A stretch of DNA of 64,000 bases. Origin: Macrostomum lignano (lineage: Eukaryota). The translations under genes and the position numbers were made by a program. Shown here in pieces: positions 34,831 through 46,298 of this stretch. A model generated the notes under the pieces. It was not told the origin of the DNA and did no database searches. It saw nothing but the letters and a program-made list of their open reading frames with translations. The stretch covers positions 62,001 to 126,000 of the forward strand of contig NIVC01000273.1 of NCBI GenBank assembly GCA_002269645.1. The letters are read 5' to 3'. Position 1 is the stretch's first letter, and each line of letters begins with the position of its first letter.

Positions 34831-35389
34831 TTACAGTGCCCAGGCCATGACAATGCACCGCACCAGCTTAGCCATTTAGTATCTGACGCCTCTATTAAGA
34901 AGCCTGAAATCACATAGCAAAATGTTTTGCATCTTGATCACCTGTACTATATATTTGTGTTTATAGCGTTTTTAGCAGCAGCAGAACTGATGACAGTTGC
35001 AGATCATTGCACATCCTGGATTTTCCTGCGTTTACTGGCTCGTTCAGTTTGCCAATATACCCCCCCCCCCCCTGATGCTAACTGCTTTGCTGATCGCATG
35101 GCCCTGCAGGTGGCCGCAGCTGGCTATTTATGTGTGCAGGCTGCCGCCCAAGGGCCTGCGCCTCCCAGTATTCCCGCGATCCGCCTGTCCGCTGCCTGTG
35201 CGCTGCACGCCTGCTGTGAATAAAATTCATTCTGAGTCTCTCGCTGCCGGCTCGCGGCAAATCAGAACAGATTGGCGAAAATTCAATTGTTATAATTTGA
35301 ACTCCTGTAGAACTAATTTTCCATTCTTCGTATTCGTTTTGGAAACAGTGCGTCTGAGTTGGCGAATGCGGCAATTACCGAGAGGTAAA

Positions 35390-36780
35390 TGCATTGCTAA
35401 TCTAGCCTATCATGGATGCAGGAATAGAATGGATTGCTAATCTAGCCTATCATGGATGCAGGAATAGAATGCATTGCTAATCTAGCCTATCATGGGTGCA
35501 GGAATAGAATGGATTGCTAATCTAGCCTATCATGGGTGCAGGAATAGAATGGATTGCTAATCTAGCCTATCATGGGTGCAGGAATAGAATGGATTGCTAA
35601 TCTAGCCTATCTTGGGTGCAGGAATAGAATGGATTGCTAATCTAGCCTATCATGGATGCAGGAATAGAATGGATTGCTAATGTAGCCTATCACGGATGCA
35701 GGAATAGAATGGATTGCTAATCTAGCCTATCATGGGTGCAGGAATAGAATGGATTGCTAATCTAGCCTATCTTGGGTGCAGGAATAGAATGGATTGCTAA
35801 TCTATCCTATCTTGGGTGCAGGAATAGAATGGATTGCTAATCTAGCCTATCTTGGGTGCAGCAATAGAATGGATTGCTAATCTAGCCTATCTTGGGTGCA
35901 GGAATAGAATGGATTGCTAATCTAGCCTATCATGGATGCAGGAATAGAATGGATTGCTAATGTAGCCTATCACGGATGCAGGAATAGAATGGATTGCTAA
36001 TCTAGCCCATCATGGGTGCAGGAATAGAATGGATTGCTAATCTAGCCTATCATGGGTGCAGGAATAGAATGGATTGCTAATCTAGCCTATCATGGGTGCA
36101 GGAATAGAATGAATTGCTAATCTAGCCTATCATGGATGCAGGAATAGAATGGATTGCTAATCTAGCCTATCATGGGTGCAGGAATAGAATGGATTGCTAA
36201 TCTAGCCTATCTTGGGTGCAGGAATAGAATGGATTGCTAATCTAGCCTATCTTGGGTGCAGGAATAGAATGGATTGCTAATCTAGCCTATCTTGGGTGCA
36301 GGAATAGAATGAATTGCTAATCTAGCCTATCATGGATGCAGGAATAGAATGGATTGCTAATCTAGCCTATCATGGATGCAGGAATAGAATGGATTGCTAA
36401 TCTAGCCTATCATGGGTGCAGGAATAGAATGGATTGCTAATCTAGCCTATCATGGATGCAGGAATAGAATGGATTGCTAATCTAGCCTATCATGGATGCA
36501 GGAATAGAATGGATTGCTAATCTAGCCTATCATGGATGCAGGAATAGAATGGATTGCTAATCTAGCCTATCTTGGGTGCAGGAATAGAATGGATTGCTAA
36601 TCTAGCCTATCTTAGGTGCAGCAATAGAATGGATTGCTAATCTAGCCTATCTTGGGTGCAGGAATAGAATGGATTGCTAATCTAGCCTATCATGGATGCA
36701 GGAATAGAATGGATTGCTAATGTAGCCTATCACGGATGCAGGAATAGAATGGATTGCTAATCTAGCCTATCATGGATAAC
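35390..36780. repeat. 40-bp minisatellite (GGATTGCTAATCTAGCCTATCATGGGTGCAGGAATAGAAT)n
   Basis: About 35 copies with few variant positions. Confidence 0.97.
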
Positions 36781-37079
36781 AGGAATTGGCTGTTTAATCC
36801 ATGTGCTATCTGAAAGGCACCTGTCCAATGCAGTGTTAGGCAGCAGAAGCCAACTGTTGGATCAACGTGACTCAACATTAAAAATCTGCTTGAAGTGAAG
36901 AAAAAGGTTCCTCACTGGACTGAAAGATGCAAATATTTTCGGGTTAAGTGGGCTGGAAATAGCCCTTACTCGCACAAGAAGTCGCTGCATGCGTTCCCGT
37001 GGTTCTCAAACTGCAGCCAGCAGCCACTGTTTACTTCATCAAACAATAACGGGCGCAGAGCTGAGATAAAATTCTCGCA

Positions 37080-37279
37080 TGTGGCGAGTTGAGCCACGTA
37101 AAGTTTATTTGGAAGTAGCAGGGTGGAGGCGCGCGAGACAAAAGTCTAAAGTTATATAAGCCAGCGGTGTACACTGGGCAGCCAATCAACGCACAGCGAT
37201 CGTGCACATAGCGCCGGCCCCCCGGCCGGGTTGGGGTTGGCTGCTGGAGCGCATACGCGCGTGTGGCGTGACCGCCACA
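37080..37279 (-). repeat. 3' LTR (200 bp)
   Basis: Direct repeat of 41201-41399, preceded on the minus strand by the PPT GGGGGGAG (about 37283-37290). Confidence 0.95.
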
Positions 37280-37299
37280 TGGCTCCCCCCAGCGCTGGC

Positions 37300-40200
37300 C
37301 TAGGACCGAAACCGCGTCGGGCGGCACCGGCGAGGCGGAAGCTGGCGGCGACCAGACGCTGGAGGCCGGGTCGCTTGCACCGGTGGGAGGCGCGTCGGTG
37401 GAAGCCCCGGCGGCGCTTGCGGGTGCGCAGCTGCGAACGGAGGGTCTCCACCACGTAGCAGTTGTGGCCGGTCGTCCAGGCGGGGGCGGCCTCGTGGCCG
37501 CAGAGCCGGAGCCGGAATCGCCTCGACGGGATCGAGCGCCGCAGCCTTGAGTCTGTCCACTGCCACGTGATCCTGCCGCGTGCCCAGGTCGAGGCGGAAG
37601 GTCTTGTCTCCGCGCTCAAGGACCTTGAAGGGCCCGAAGTACGGCCGCTGCAGAGATGGCCGGTGGCCGTCGCGGCGGATGAAGACGTGCGTGCAGGACT
37701 CCAGGGCAGCAGGCACGGAGGCAGCGACGCGGCCATGACGCGAGGTTGGAGGCGGCCGGAACGATTGTACCGCGCTGCGTAGCCGGGCCAGGAACTGGTC
37801 GTAAGAGCCCTCGGGTGGCGCGGCCTGCAGGCATTCTCCCGGTACCGTCAGCGGGGCGCCGTAGACCAGCTCGGCCGAGGAGGCTCCGATGTCCTCCTTG
37901 GGAGCCGTGCGGATGCCCAGCAACGCCCAGGGCAGCTCGTCGGTCCAAGTCGGTCCGGTCAGGCGCGCCATCAGGGATGCCTTGAGCTGGCGGTGGAAGC
38001 GTTCCACCAGGCCGTTAGCCTGTGGGTGAAAAGCGGTGGTGTGGTGCAGCTGCATGCCCAGCAGCCGCGACACGTTGGCCCATAGCCCGGAGGTGAACTG
38101 GGAGCCGCGGTCGGACGTGACGTCACTGGGCACGCCGAAACGGGCGATCCAACCGGCGATGAAAGCGGACGCGCAGGAGGCAGCGGAAGTGTCGGCCAAG
38201 GGGAAAGCCTCCGGCCAGCGGGAGAACCTGTCGACAACGGTCAGCAGGTGCGTGAAGCCGCGGGACTGCGGCAGCGGTCCGACAAGGTCGATGTGGACGT
38301 GCGCGAAACGGCTGCTGGGCACCGGGATGCTGGCGGGCGGGGCGGTCACGTGGCGCTGCACCTTGGCCGTCTGGCAGGCGATGCAGCTGCGAGCCCATTG
38401 GCCGACGTCGCTGTTGATTCCCGGCCACACGAACTTCTCGGACACTAGGCGCCGCGTACTGCGTACGGACGGGTGCGCCAGGCCGTGGACTGCGTCGAAA
38501 ACGGCGCGGCGGAAGTCGGTGGGTACCAGCGGGCGCGGGCGGCCGGTCACGGTGTCGCAGATGACCTCCAGGCCGGGACGCAACGTCACGCGCTCGAGCC
38601 GCAGGCCGGTGCCGGCGAGCGCGGGATCGTCTGCTCGCTGCGCGCGTGCCAGGGCCGCGTAGTCGATGCCGGGGAGCAGCGGCTGCACAGAGGCGATGGT
38701 GCAGCGGGACAGGGCGTCGGCCACCGGATTGTCCTTGCCCGCCACGTGCCGGATGTCGGTGGTGAACTCCGACACGTATGCGAGGTGCCGCTGCTGACGC
38801 GCTGACCAGGGATCCGACAACTTGGCCATGGCCGCGACCAGGGGTTTGTGGTCGGTGTAGGCGGTGAAGGTGCGGCCTTCCAAAAAGTAGCGGAAATGCC
38901 GCGTGGCCAGATAGAGAGCGAGTAACTCCCGGTCGAACGCGCTGTACTTTTGTTCAGCCGGTCGCAGTTGGCGGCTGAAGAAGGCGAGTGGCCGCCAGGC
39001 CACGCCGACACGCTGCTCCAAAACCGCCCCGATGGCGGTGTCCGAGGCGTCGACCGTCAGCGCCGTTGGGGCGTCGGGCTCCGGGTGCGCAAGCATGGTC
39101 GCGTCAACCAGGGCCTGCTTCGTGCTGTTGAAGGCGTCCGTCAGCTCCGGTGTCCACTGAACGATCTTGTCCTTGCTGGCCAGGGCGCCATAGATGGGGC
39201 GCAGCAACTGGGCGGCCCGCGGCACGAACCGGTGATAGAAGTTCACCATGCCGGCAAACTCTTGCAGGCCCTTGACGGTCGCGGGCGGAGCGAATCGGGC
39301 GATGGCTTCGACTTTGTCTGGCAGCGGCACGGCGCCCCGGCTGTTGATGCGGTGGCCTAGAAAGTCGATTTCGCTGCGGCCAAACTGGCACTTGGCTGGA
39401 TTGATGAGGAGGCCGTTGTCTGCCAGGCGCTGGAACAGCGTGCGCAGGTGCTCCAAATGCTGCTGAGGGCGGCTGCTCGCCACTAGAAAGTCGTCGATAT
39501 AGGCGAACACGAAGTCCAAACCCTGGCAGACCGTGTCAATCAGCCGTTGGAAGGCCTGGGCGGCGTTTTTTAGTCCGAATGGCATCCGGAGAAACTCGAA
39601 CAGGCCGAATGGCGTGATGACGGCCGTCTTGGCGATGTCGGCCTCGGCAACCGGGATCTGGTGGTAGCCCCGCACCAGGTCGATCTTGGAGAAAATGTTG
39701 CACCCGGACAGCCGCGCAGAAAAATCCTGGATGTGTGGCACCGGGTAGCGGTCGGGCACCGTGGCGTCGTTGAGCCGCCGGAAATCGCCGCAGGGCCGCC
39801 AACCCCCGGAGGCCTTTGGCACCATGTGCAGCGGCGACGACCAGGGGCTGCAGGACCGCCGCACGATGCCCAGCTGCTCCAGGTTGCGGAATTCCTCCTT
39901 GGCCACCGCCAGCTTGTCAGGCGGCAGGCGGCGCGCCCGGGCGTGGACAGGGGGGCCCGTCGTAGGAATATGATGTTGGACCCCGTGGAGCGGCCGGGCT
40001 TTCTGGAAACTCGGCTCCGTCAGCGTCGGGAACTCCGCGAGCAGCTGGCTGTACGGGTCCCCAGCGACGGCGGCGGCGAGCTGAGGTGTCGGGCCGGACC
40101 CGAGCAGCAGGTGGGCGCTGGACAGCGAGCTAGTGTCGAGCAGACGGCGGTTTGGCATGTCCACCAGTAGGCCGTGGTGCCGCAAGAAGTCCGCGCCGAT

Positions 40201-40488
40201 CAACGGCCGTGACACCTCGGCCAGGATGAACGGCCAGGTGCAGGCCTTGACGCCGAGGTCGAGCGTCAGTGCCCGGCTGCCGAACGTGCGGATCGGGCTG
40301 CCGTTGGCCGCGAAAAGCGGCGGGCCGGGTGTGTGCGAGCGGGCGTCTGCCCCCGAGACAGGAAAAATGCTCACCTCAGCGCCGGTGTCGACCAAGAAGC
40401 GCCGGCCCGTGGCTACGTCGGGGATGAGCAGGAGGTTGTTGCTGCCGGCCGTCGAGGCGTTCACTGACGGCCGGCCGGCCCGTTTCCC
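37300..40488 (-). CDS. pol: Retrotransposon Pol (protease, RT, RNase H, integrase), expressed by -1 frameshift from gag
   Basis: LVDTGA protease; RT PFGLKNA and YIDD; RNase H DAS..DRELLA..DHKPL..ADALSR; integrase HHCC (HGLAH..CIAC), D-D-E (IDLVGP, SDRG, VERFHR) and GPF motif; no internal stops. Confidence 0.95.
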   Translation of the reverse strand, partial: GKRAGRPSVNASTAGSNNLLLIPDVATGRRFLVDTGAEVSIFPVSGADARSHTPGPPLFAANGSPIRTFGSRALTLDLGVKACTWPFILAEVSRPLIGADFLRHHGLLVDMPNRRLLDTSSLSSAHLLLGSGPTPQLAAAVAGDPYSQLLAEFPTLTEPSFQKARPLHGVQHHIPTTGPPVHARARRLPPDKLAVAKEEFRNLEQLGIVRRSCSPWSSPLHMVPKASGGWRPCGDFRRLNDATVPDRYPVPHIQDFSARLSGCNIFSKIDLVRGYHQIPVAEADIAKTAVITPFGLFEFLRMPFGLKNAAQAFQRLIDTVCQGLDFVFAYIDDFLVASSRPQQHLEHLRTLFQRLADNGLLINPAKCQFGRSEIDFLGHRINSRGAVPLPDKVEAIARFAPPATVKGLQEFAGMVNFYHRFVPRAAQLLRPIYGALASKDKIVQWTPELTDAFNSTKQALVDATMLAHPEPDAPTALTVDASDTAIGAVLEQRVGVAWRPLAFFSRQLRPAEQKYSAFDRELLALYLATRHFRYFLEGRTFTAYTDHKPLVAAMAKLSDPWSARQQRHLAYVSEFTTDIRHVAGKDNPVADALSRCTIASVQPLLPGIDYAALARAQRADDPALAGTGLRLERVTLRPGLEVICDTVTGRPRPLVPTDFRRAVFDAVHGLAHPSVRSTRRLVSEKFVWPGINSDVGQWARSCIACQTAKVQRHVTAPPASIPVPSSRFAHVHIDLVGPLPQSRGFTHLLTVVDRFSRWPEAFPLADTSAASCASAFIAGWIARFGVPSDVTSDRGSQFTSGLWANVSRLLGMQLHHTTAFHPQANGLVERFHRQLKASLMARLTGPTWTDELPWALLGIRTAPKEDIGASSAELVYGAPLTVPGECLQAAPPEGSYDQFLARLRSAVQSFRPPPTSRHGRVAASVPAALESCTHVFIRRDGHRPSLQRPYFGPFKVLERGDKTFRLDLGTRQDHVAVDRLKAAALDPVEAIPAPALRPRGRPRLDDRPQLLRGGDPPFAAAHPQAPPGLPPTRLPPVQATRPPASGRRQLPPRRCRPTRFRS
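40444..40488 (-). promoter_or_regulatory. -1 programmed ribosomal frameshift signal
   Basis: Minus strand: G GGA AAC slippery heptamer (40488-40482), 6-nt spacer, then a perfect 10-bp stem GCCGGCCGTC/GACGGCCGGC with a 12-nt loop containing the gag stop. A -1 shift enters the pol frame ([10 protein letters not shown]). Confidence 0.85.
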
Positions 40489-41153
40489 GAGAACTGGCAG
40501 GGCGGCTCGCAACGCCGGGCCTTGGCGCCGAACTTCCGGTGGAAGAAACAGATGAGGCCGTCGGCCTCCCTCGGCTGGTGCTGCTTCGGCTTGGCGCAAG
40601 CTGGGCGGGCGGTGGCAGCCACTACCGGCGGGTGCTCTGACGGCAGGGTGGCAGTGGCCACGGGCTGTGCCCGGCTCGCCCACAGTTCATCCGCGCGTCG
40701 CGCAACTGCGCGCGGGTCAGCGAAATCCACGGAGACGAGTGCCATGCGAATGTCGGCCGGCATCTGCTGGCGGAAAAGCTCCTCGAAAAGCATGCAGGGC
40801 CGGTGGTTGCCGAGCAGGGCCAGCATCTCATCCATGAGCTCGGACGGGCGGCGGTCACCGAGGCCGGCCAGGTTGAGCAGCCGGCTGGCACGCTGTTGCT
40901 GCGTCAGGCCGAATGTGCCGAGGAGGCGGGCCTTGAGAGTATCGTACTTGTTCTCAGCCGGCGGTGTCTCAAGCACGTCCAGCAGGCGCTCGGCTGACTG
41001 CTGGTCCAGCGCGGCTACGAGGTGAAAGTATTTGGTAGCGTCTTGCGTGATGTTGCGGAGGACGAATTGCGCCTCTGCCTGGATGAACCAGGCGCGAGGC
41101 TGGCTGGCCCAGAACGTGGGCAGCTTGAGGGCCACCGCAGACTCAGTTGACAT
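40461..41153 (-). CDS. gag: Retrotransposon Gag with CHCC zinc knuckle
   Basis: KLPTFW..PRAWF..AEAQF N-terminus; C-X2-H-X9-C-X3-C ([18 protein letters not shown]). Confidence 0.92.
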   Translation of the reverse strand: MSTESAVALKLPTFWASQPRAWFIQAEAQFVLRNITQDATKYFHLVAALDQQSAERLLDVLETPPAENKYDTLKARLLGTFGLTQQQRASRLLNLAGLGDRRPSELMDEMLALLGNHRPCMLFEELFRQQMPADIRMALVSVDFADPRAVARRADELWASRAQPVATATLPSEHPPVVAATARPACAKPKQHQPREADGLICFFHRKFGAKARRCEPPCQFSGNGPAGRQ

Positions 41154-41186
41154 ACTGAGGAGTTATTCTCAAACAGGCGGTTGAGA

Positions 41187-41199
41187 GTCGGGCTCACCA
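41187..41199 (-). promoter_or_regulatory. Primer binding site, tRNA-Trp-like
   Basis: TGGTGAGCCCGAC lies 1 nt after the 5' LTR, one mismatch from the usual tRNA-Trp PBS TGGTGACCCCGAC. Confidence 0.75.
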
Positions 41200-41200
41200 A

Positions 41201-41399
41201 TGTGGCGAGTTGAGCACGTAAAGTTTATTTGGAAGTAGCAGGGTGGAGGCGCGCGAGACAAAAGTCTAAAGTTATATAAGCCAGCGGTGTACACTGGGCA
41301 GCCAATCAACGCACAGCGATCGTGCACATAGCGCCGGCCCCCCGGCCGGGTTGGGGTTGGCTGCTGGAGCGCGTACGCGCGTGTGGCGTGACCGCCACA
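41201..41399 (-). repeat. 5' LTR (199 bp)
   Basis: Direct repeat of 37080-37279. Confidence 0.95.
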
Positions 41400-41504
41400 C
41401 GCATGTATTAAAAGCAGCAGCGGCTGTCTGTGGAATTTGCTTGTGCTCAGAGCAGCGCGAGACCAAATCTCAGAATGCGTTCCACGTGTAGCTCGTAAAT
41501 AGAC

Positions 41505-42180
41505 ATAGTTATCTCATGTCTCTTCCTCAGTCATCTCATGTCTATTCCATAGTCATCTCCTGTCTATTCCATAGTCATCTCCTGTCTCTTCCATAGTCAT
41601 CTCATGTCTCTTCCTCAGTCATCTCATGTCTATTCCATAGTCATCTCCTGTCTATTCCATAGTTATCTCATGTCTCTTCCATAGTCATCTCATGTCTATT
41701 CCACAGTCATCTCATGTCTCTTCCTCAGTCATCTCATGTCTATTCCATAGTCTTCTCATATCTCTTCCTCAGTCATCTCATATCTCTTCCATAGTCATCT
41801 CATGTCTATTCCATAGTCATCTCATGTCTCTTCCATAGTCATCTCATGTCTATTCCATAGTCATCTCATGTCTCTTCCTCAGTCATCTCATGTCTATTCC
41901 ATAGTCTTCTCATATCTCTTCCATAGTCATCTCATATCTATTCCATAGTCATCTCATGTCTATTCCATAGTCATCTCATGTCTATTCCATAGTCATCTCA
42001 TGTCTCTTCCTCAGTCATCTCATGTCTATTCCATAGTCTTCTCATATCTCTTCCATAGTCATCTCATATCTATTCCATAGTCATCTCATGTCTATTCCAT
42101 AGTCATCTCATGCCTATTCCATAGTCATGTCTATCCCTCAGACATCTAATCTCTATCCCTCAGCCATCTCATGTCTATCT
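41505..42180. repeat. ~22-bp minisatellite (CATAGTCATCTCATGTCTATTC)n
   Basis: About 30 variant copies. Confidence 0.9.
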
Positions 42181-42571
42181 CCCAGCCAAATTAAGTCCAG
42201 CTTCTTAATTAGGGCTAATCTTCTTTTAACAATATTTTATAGCTTTTTACTCTCTTTACTTTACTAACAAGCGCACAGAGCAGTAGTATTTCACTTGCGA
42301 GTAGAGTTACATAGTTTTCGTGCTAAATTTAGCTGACAAAATGAAGCAATATTCTTCAATTAAGCTTTGATCCCTTGTGACTCCTTTGCAAAGAATCAAT
42401 TTTTAATTAGCTGAAAATCTCTGATCATACCATTGATTTCTCCATCCAAACTTAATTTACAATTGACGATTTTTGTTAATTGCTGCTGCCTCATATGAAA
42501 ATAAAGTAAAAATTGTTCACTAAACTTGCTTGCGTGTTTTAACCACTTGGGAGTGCCTGCGGATCTGGGGC

Positions 42572-43238
42572 AAGAGCCAGTGGGATCAGAGCCAGTGGGA
42601 TCAGAGCCAGTGGGATCAGAGCCAGTGGGATCAGAGCCAGTGGGATCAGAGCCAGTGGGATCAGAGCCAGTGGGATCAGAGCCAGTGGGATCAGAGCCAG
42701 TGGGATCAGAGCCAGTGGGATCAGAGCCAGTGGGATCAGAGCCAGTGGGATCAGAGCCAGTGGGATCAGAGCCAGTGGGATCAGAGCCAGTGGGATCAGA
42801 GCCAGTGGGATCAGAGCCAGTGGGATCAGAGCCAGTGGGATCAGAGCCAGTGGGATCAGAGCCAGTGGGATCAGAGCCAGTGGGATCAGAGCCAGTGGGA
42901 TCAGAGCCAGTGGGATCAGAGCCAGTGGGATCAGAGCCAGTGGGATCAGAGCCAGTGGGATCAGAGCCAGTGGGATCAGAGCCAGTGGGATCAGAGCCAG
43001 TGGGATCAGAGCCAGTGGGATCAGAGCCAGTGGGATCAGAGCCAGTGGGATCAGAGCCAGTGGGATCAGAGCCAGTGGGATCAGAGCCAGTGGGATCAGA
43101 GCCAGTGGGATCAGAGCCAGTGGGATCAGAGCCAGTGGGATCAGAGCCAGTGGGATCAGAGCCAGTGGGATCAGAGCCAGTGGGATCAGAGCCAGTGGGA
43201 TCAGAGCCAGTGGGATCAGAGCCAGTGGGATCAGAGTC
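42572..43238. repeat. Perfect 15-bp minisatellite (GAGCCAGTGGGATCA)n
   Basis: About 44 identical copies. It explains the GSDPT, EPVGS, WDQSQ and LIPLA ORFs. Confidence 0.97.
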
Positions 43239-43754
43239 AGCAAGCAGTTGGATACAAACGAAGCCGCACTCCATAAGTGCATTGTGAAGCTCCAGGTTTC
43301 CAACAGGACTTTATTCCCACTCTTTTATTCCCAACAGGCGGCAGAGCGGAACTGGCGCAGGTGCAGGCCGTACCCCGTCCCCAAATCCCCCAATCTTCTC
43401 TCCAGCCGTGCTCTCCCCCTCCCTGCCTGTTCGGGGGCTCCTGATTAAATATTTAACTTCCCAAGCAGCCCGGCACAGAGCTCGTGACTGAGACAGGCGG
43501 CAGGGGGACGCCAAAGCCTCTCTGGCCTGACTATTTGACGCCCCAACCTGTCCGACAAAATATCGGGAATCAATTCATTTTTTGAAGATTTTTTACCTGC
43601 CCAAGGCTCGACAACTCGAAAACTCGGCAATAAACTCGAAACTCTGCGCCGAAAGGTTGGAGAAGTTCTGTGAGCTTTTGAATTTGCGCGAATTTTAAAC
43701 ATTCGATGCTACAGAGACAATTTACGATTCCCGCCGACACTTTTGGACCATCTG

Positions 43755-43995
43755 ACCCACTGAGCCCTTCAAACTGACCCACTGAGTCCCACAGACTGAC
43801 CCACTGAGTCCTTCAGACTGACCCACTGAGTCCTTCAGACTGACCCACTGAGCCCTTCAAACTGACCCACTGAGTCCCACAGACTGACCCACTGAGTCCT
43901 TCAGACTGACCCACTGAGTCCTACAGACTGACCCACTGAATCATTCCTGCTGACCCACTGAGTCCTTCAGACTGACCCATTGAGTCCTTCAGGCT
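43755..43995. repeat. 22-bp minisatellite (ACTGACCCACTGAGTCCTTCAG)n
   Basis: About 10 copies just upstream of the GPCR ATG. Confidence 0.9.
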
Positions 43996-44047
43996 TCTCT
44001 CAAAAGCTCGGACAGACCCTCGGACACAGCCGGACATCTGTCAGACG

Positions 44048-45855
44048 ATGGCCGTAGCCAGCGGCTTGGCCGGCCTGGAATTTGCCTACCTGTTGTTCCT
44101 CCTCCTGCTGAGCTCGGCCGGCAACTCGGCCACCCTGGCCGTGGCCGCCGCGCCCCGCTGCCGGGCGGCCCTCAGCCGCACCAACCTCGTCTTCTTCGTC
44201 GGCCTGGCCGCCGCCGACCTCCTGACTGGCTTTTCGCTGCTGCCCGCGGCCGCCGCGGCTCGCCTAAATCTGGCCAGGGCGGCGGCCGGCCTGTCCGGCC
44301 ACTGGGGCTGCGAGCTGGCCGGCTACCTGGCCGTCTCGCTGCTGCAGCTGGCCGCCTACCTGCTGCTGGCAGCCGCCTGCGACCACTTCGCCGCCTTCCG
44401 CTGGCCGGGACGCTACCCGACGCTGCTGTCCCGGACTCGCTCCGCCTGCTGGCTGGCCGCACTGACCGGCCTGGCCGTGCTGGTGGCGCTGCCCACCGCC
44501 GTGTCCAGCGACCCCGCCAAAGCCACCGCCTTCTCCAACTCAACAGGGGCCTGCTTCGTGAACTGGGGCCAGGTGCGGTGGGGGAGCCTCGTGGGGTAGA
44601 CAGAGACAGTGCTTCCCGTTGGCCTGTACTGAGCTTTCAGTTTCCGATTCACCCTCTGCTTCACCTGCTTCTCTTCCCTTCTTTTCCGCTTCTCTTCCGT
44701 TTCACCCCATTCCACTCCCGCTTCACCCCATCCCATTCCCGCTTCACCCCATTCCACTCCCGCTTCACCCCACCCCACTCCCGCTTCACCCCATCCCACT
44801 CCCGCTTCACCCCATCCCACTCCCGCTTCACCCCATTCCACTCCCGCTTCACCCCATCCCACTCCCGCTTCACCCCATCCCACTTCCGCTTCACCCCATT
44901 CCACTCCCGCTTCACCCCATTCCACTCCCGCTTCACCCCACCCCACTCCCGCTTCACCCCATCCCACTCCCGCTTCACCCCATCCCACTCCCGCTTCACC
45001 CCATTCCACTCCCGCTTCACCCCATTCCACTCCCGCTTCACCCCATCCCACTCCCGCTTCACCCCATCCCACTCCCGCTTCACCCCATTCCACTCCCGCT
45101 TCACCCCATCCCACTCCCGCTTCACCCCATCCCACTCCCGCTTCACCCCATCCCACTCCCGCTTCACCCCATCCCACTCCCGCTTCACCCCATTCGACTT
45201 CCGCTTTTTTCTTCGGCATCTGCTCAAGTGTCCTCGCCGCGGCCCGCAGGAGTCGGGCTACCACCTGGCCGTCTGCTCCGTGGTGCTGCTGCCCGCCCTG
45301 CTGGCTGCCTGCGCAACCAACGGCTACCTGTTGACGCCCAGCTTCCGCCGGATGCGACTTCGCTACCTGACCTTCGAAGGCGAGCTCGGCGTTGAGGCGG
45401 CAGCGAGCAGCTCCGGCGGTGGCGGCGGCGGCGGCGGCGGCGGCGACGGCAGCAGCTTTGAAGACACTCGTGAGTCATTTTACCGCGACGTGTTCGCCGC
45501 CACAGCGGTGCAGCTGGCCACCTGGACCGTCTGGGCCTCCGTTCAGGTCGCCGACGCCCGCTCGGGTGGCTCGCTGCCAGCCGCTGCAATTTTCTTCTCC
45601 TTCTGGACGGCGGTTGGCAACTGCGGCTGGCGATTCCTCATCCACTGCGCCTGTCTGAGGGACTTCCGCGTAGCCCTGCGTCTGCTGGCCGCCCAGCTCG
45701 CCAGCTGCTGCTGCAGGTGCCGAAGCCGGGCCGGCGGCGGCGGCGGTGGCAACGGCGGTAGCGGCAACGGCGGCATCAGCGACGATGACAGCGGCGGGTT
45801 CGCGTTCCGACCGTGCCCGGCTGGACACCCGGCCAGCGCGATGGTCGGCCTCTAG
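44048..45855 (+). CDS. Class A (rhodopsin-like) orphan GPCR, about 376 aa, 2 coding exons
   Basis: Exons 44048-44572 and 45250-45855 (phase 0, GT-AG). TM1 GN, TM2 LAAADLL, TM3 Cys and DHF at the DRY position, TM4 W..P, ECL2 Cys, TM5 Pro, TM6/7 and helix-8 FRVALR. Confidence 0.85.
44698..45200. repeat. Intronic 21-bp minisatellite (TTCACCCCATCCCACTCCCGC)n
   Basis: Fills the GPCR intron. Confidence 0.95.
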
Positions 45856-46298
45856 CAGAGCGGCTGGCTGCACCGCCTTCATGTACGCTTCCTCGAAATG
45901 CGACACTTTTATACTATACTTTATTTTTATACTACTGATAGTAGCAGTACTATGACAGCGTTTTTACCGATAATTCTTTTGGTTGCAGGATTTTGAATTT
46001 CTATCTGCGTGTGGGATCTTCATTCTTGCATTATTAATCACGCAAATATCAGGCAACCGCGCAATGCAAGATAAACAAAGGTCAAGATAGACAAGATAAA
46101 CCAGTCTCGCCTTCTATTGACACAAATTATTTTTAAAGGTATTGTTAGATCAAATTAATTGCTTCAAAGTGTAGTTTACTTCAAGTTAAAAGAAAAATCA
46201 TTCATAGTTTCTCAAAGTAAATAAAGATTTCCACATTGGCTCCGTAGGCCAGATTCATGTCAAGATACGATCGAAGCTGCATGCGCAGCGATCATGAC

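Larger units (their letters stand above)
37080..41399 (-). mobile_element. Full-length Ty3/gypsy LTR retrotransposon, CsRn1/Kabuki-like clade, recent insertion
   Basis: TG..CA LTRs at 37080-37279 and 41201-41399 differ by one substitution and one 1-nt indel. The 4-bp TSD CGCA is at 37076-37079 and 41400-41403. PBS, PPT, gag and pol are intact. Confidence 0.97.

Noticed and set aside
36970-37060. Follistatin N-domain similarity (GCWLQ..G..C)
   Set aside because: The downstream EECC cysteines and signal peptide are missing; too short to support.
42396-43303. 250-290-aa ORFs GSDPT, EPVGS, WDQSQ, LIPLA
   Set aside because: Translations of a perfect 15-bp minisatellite in several frames.
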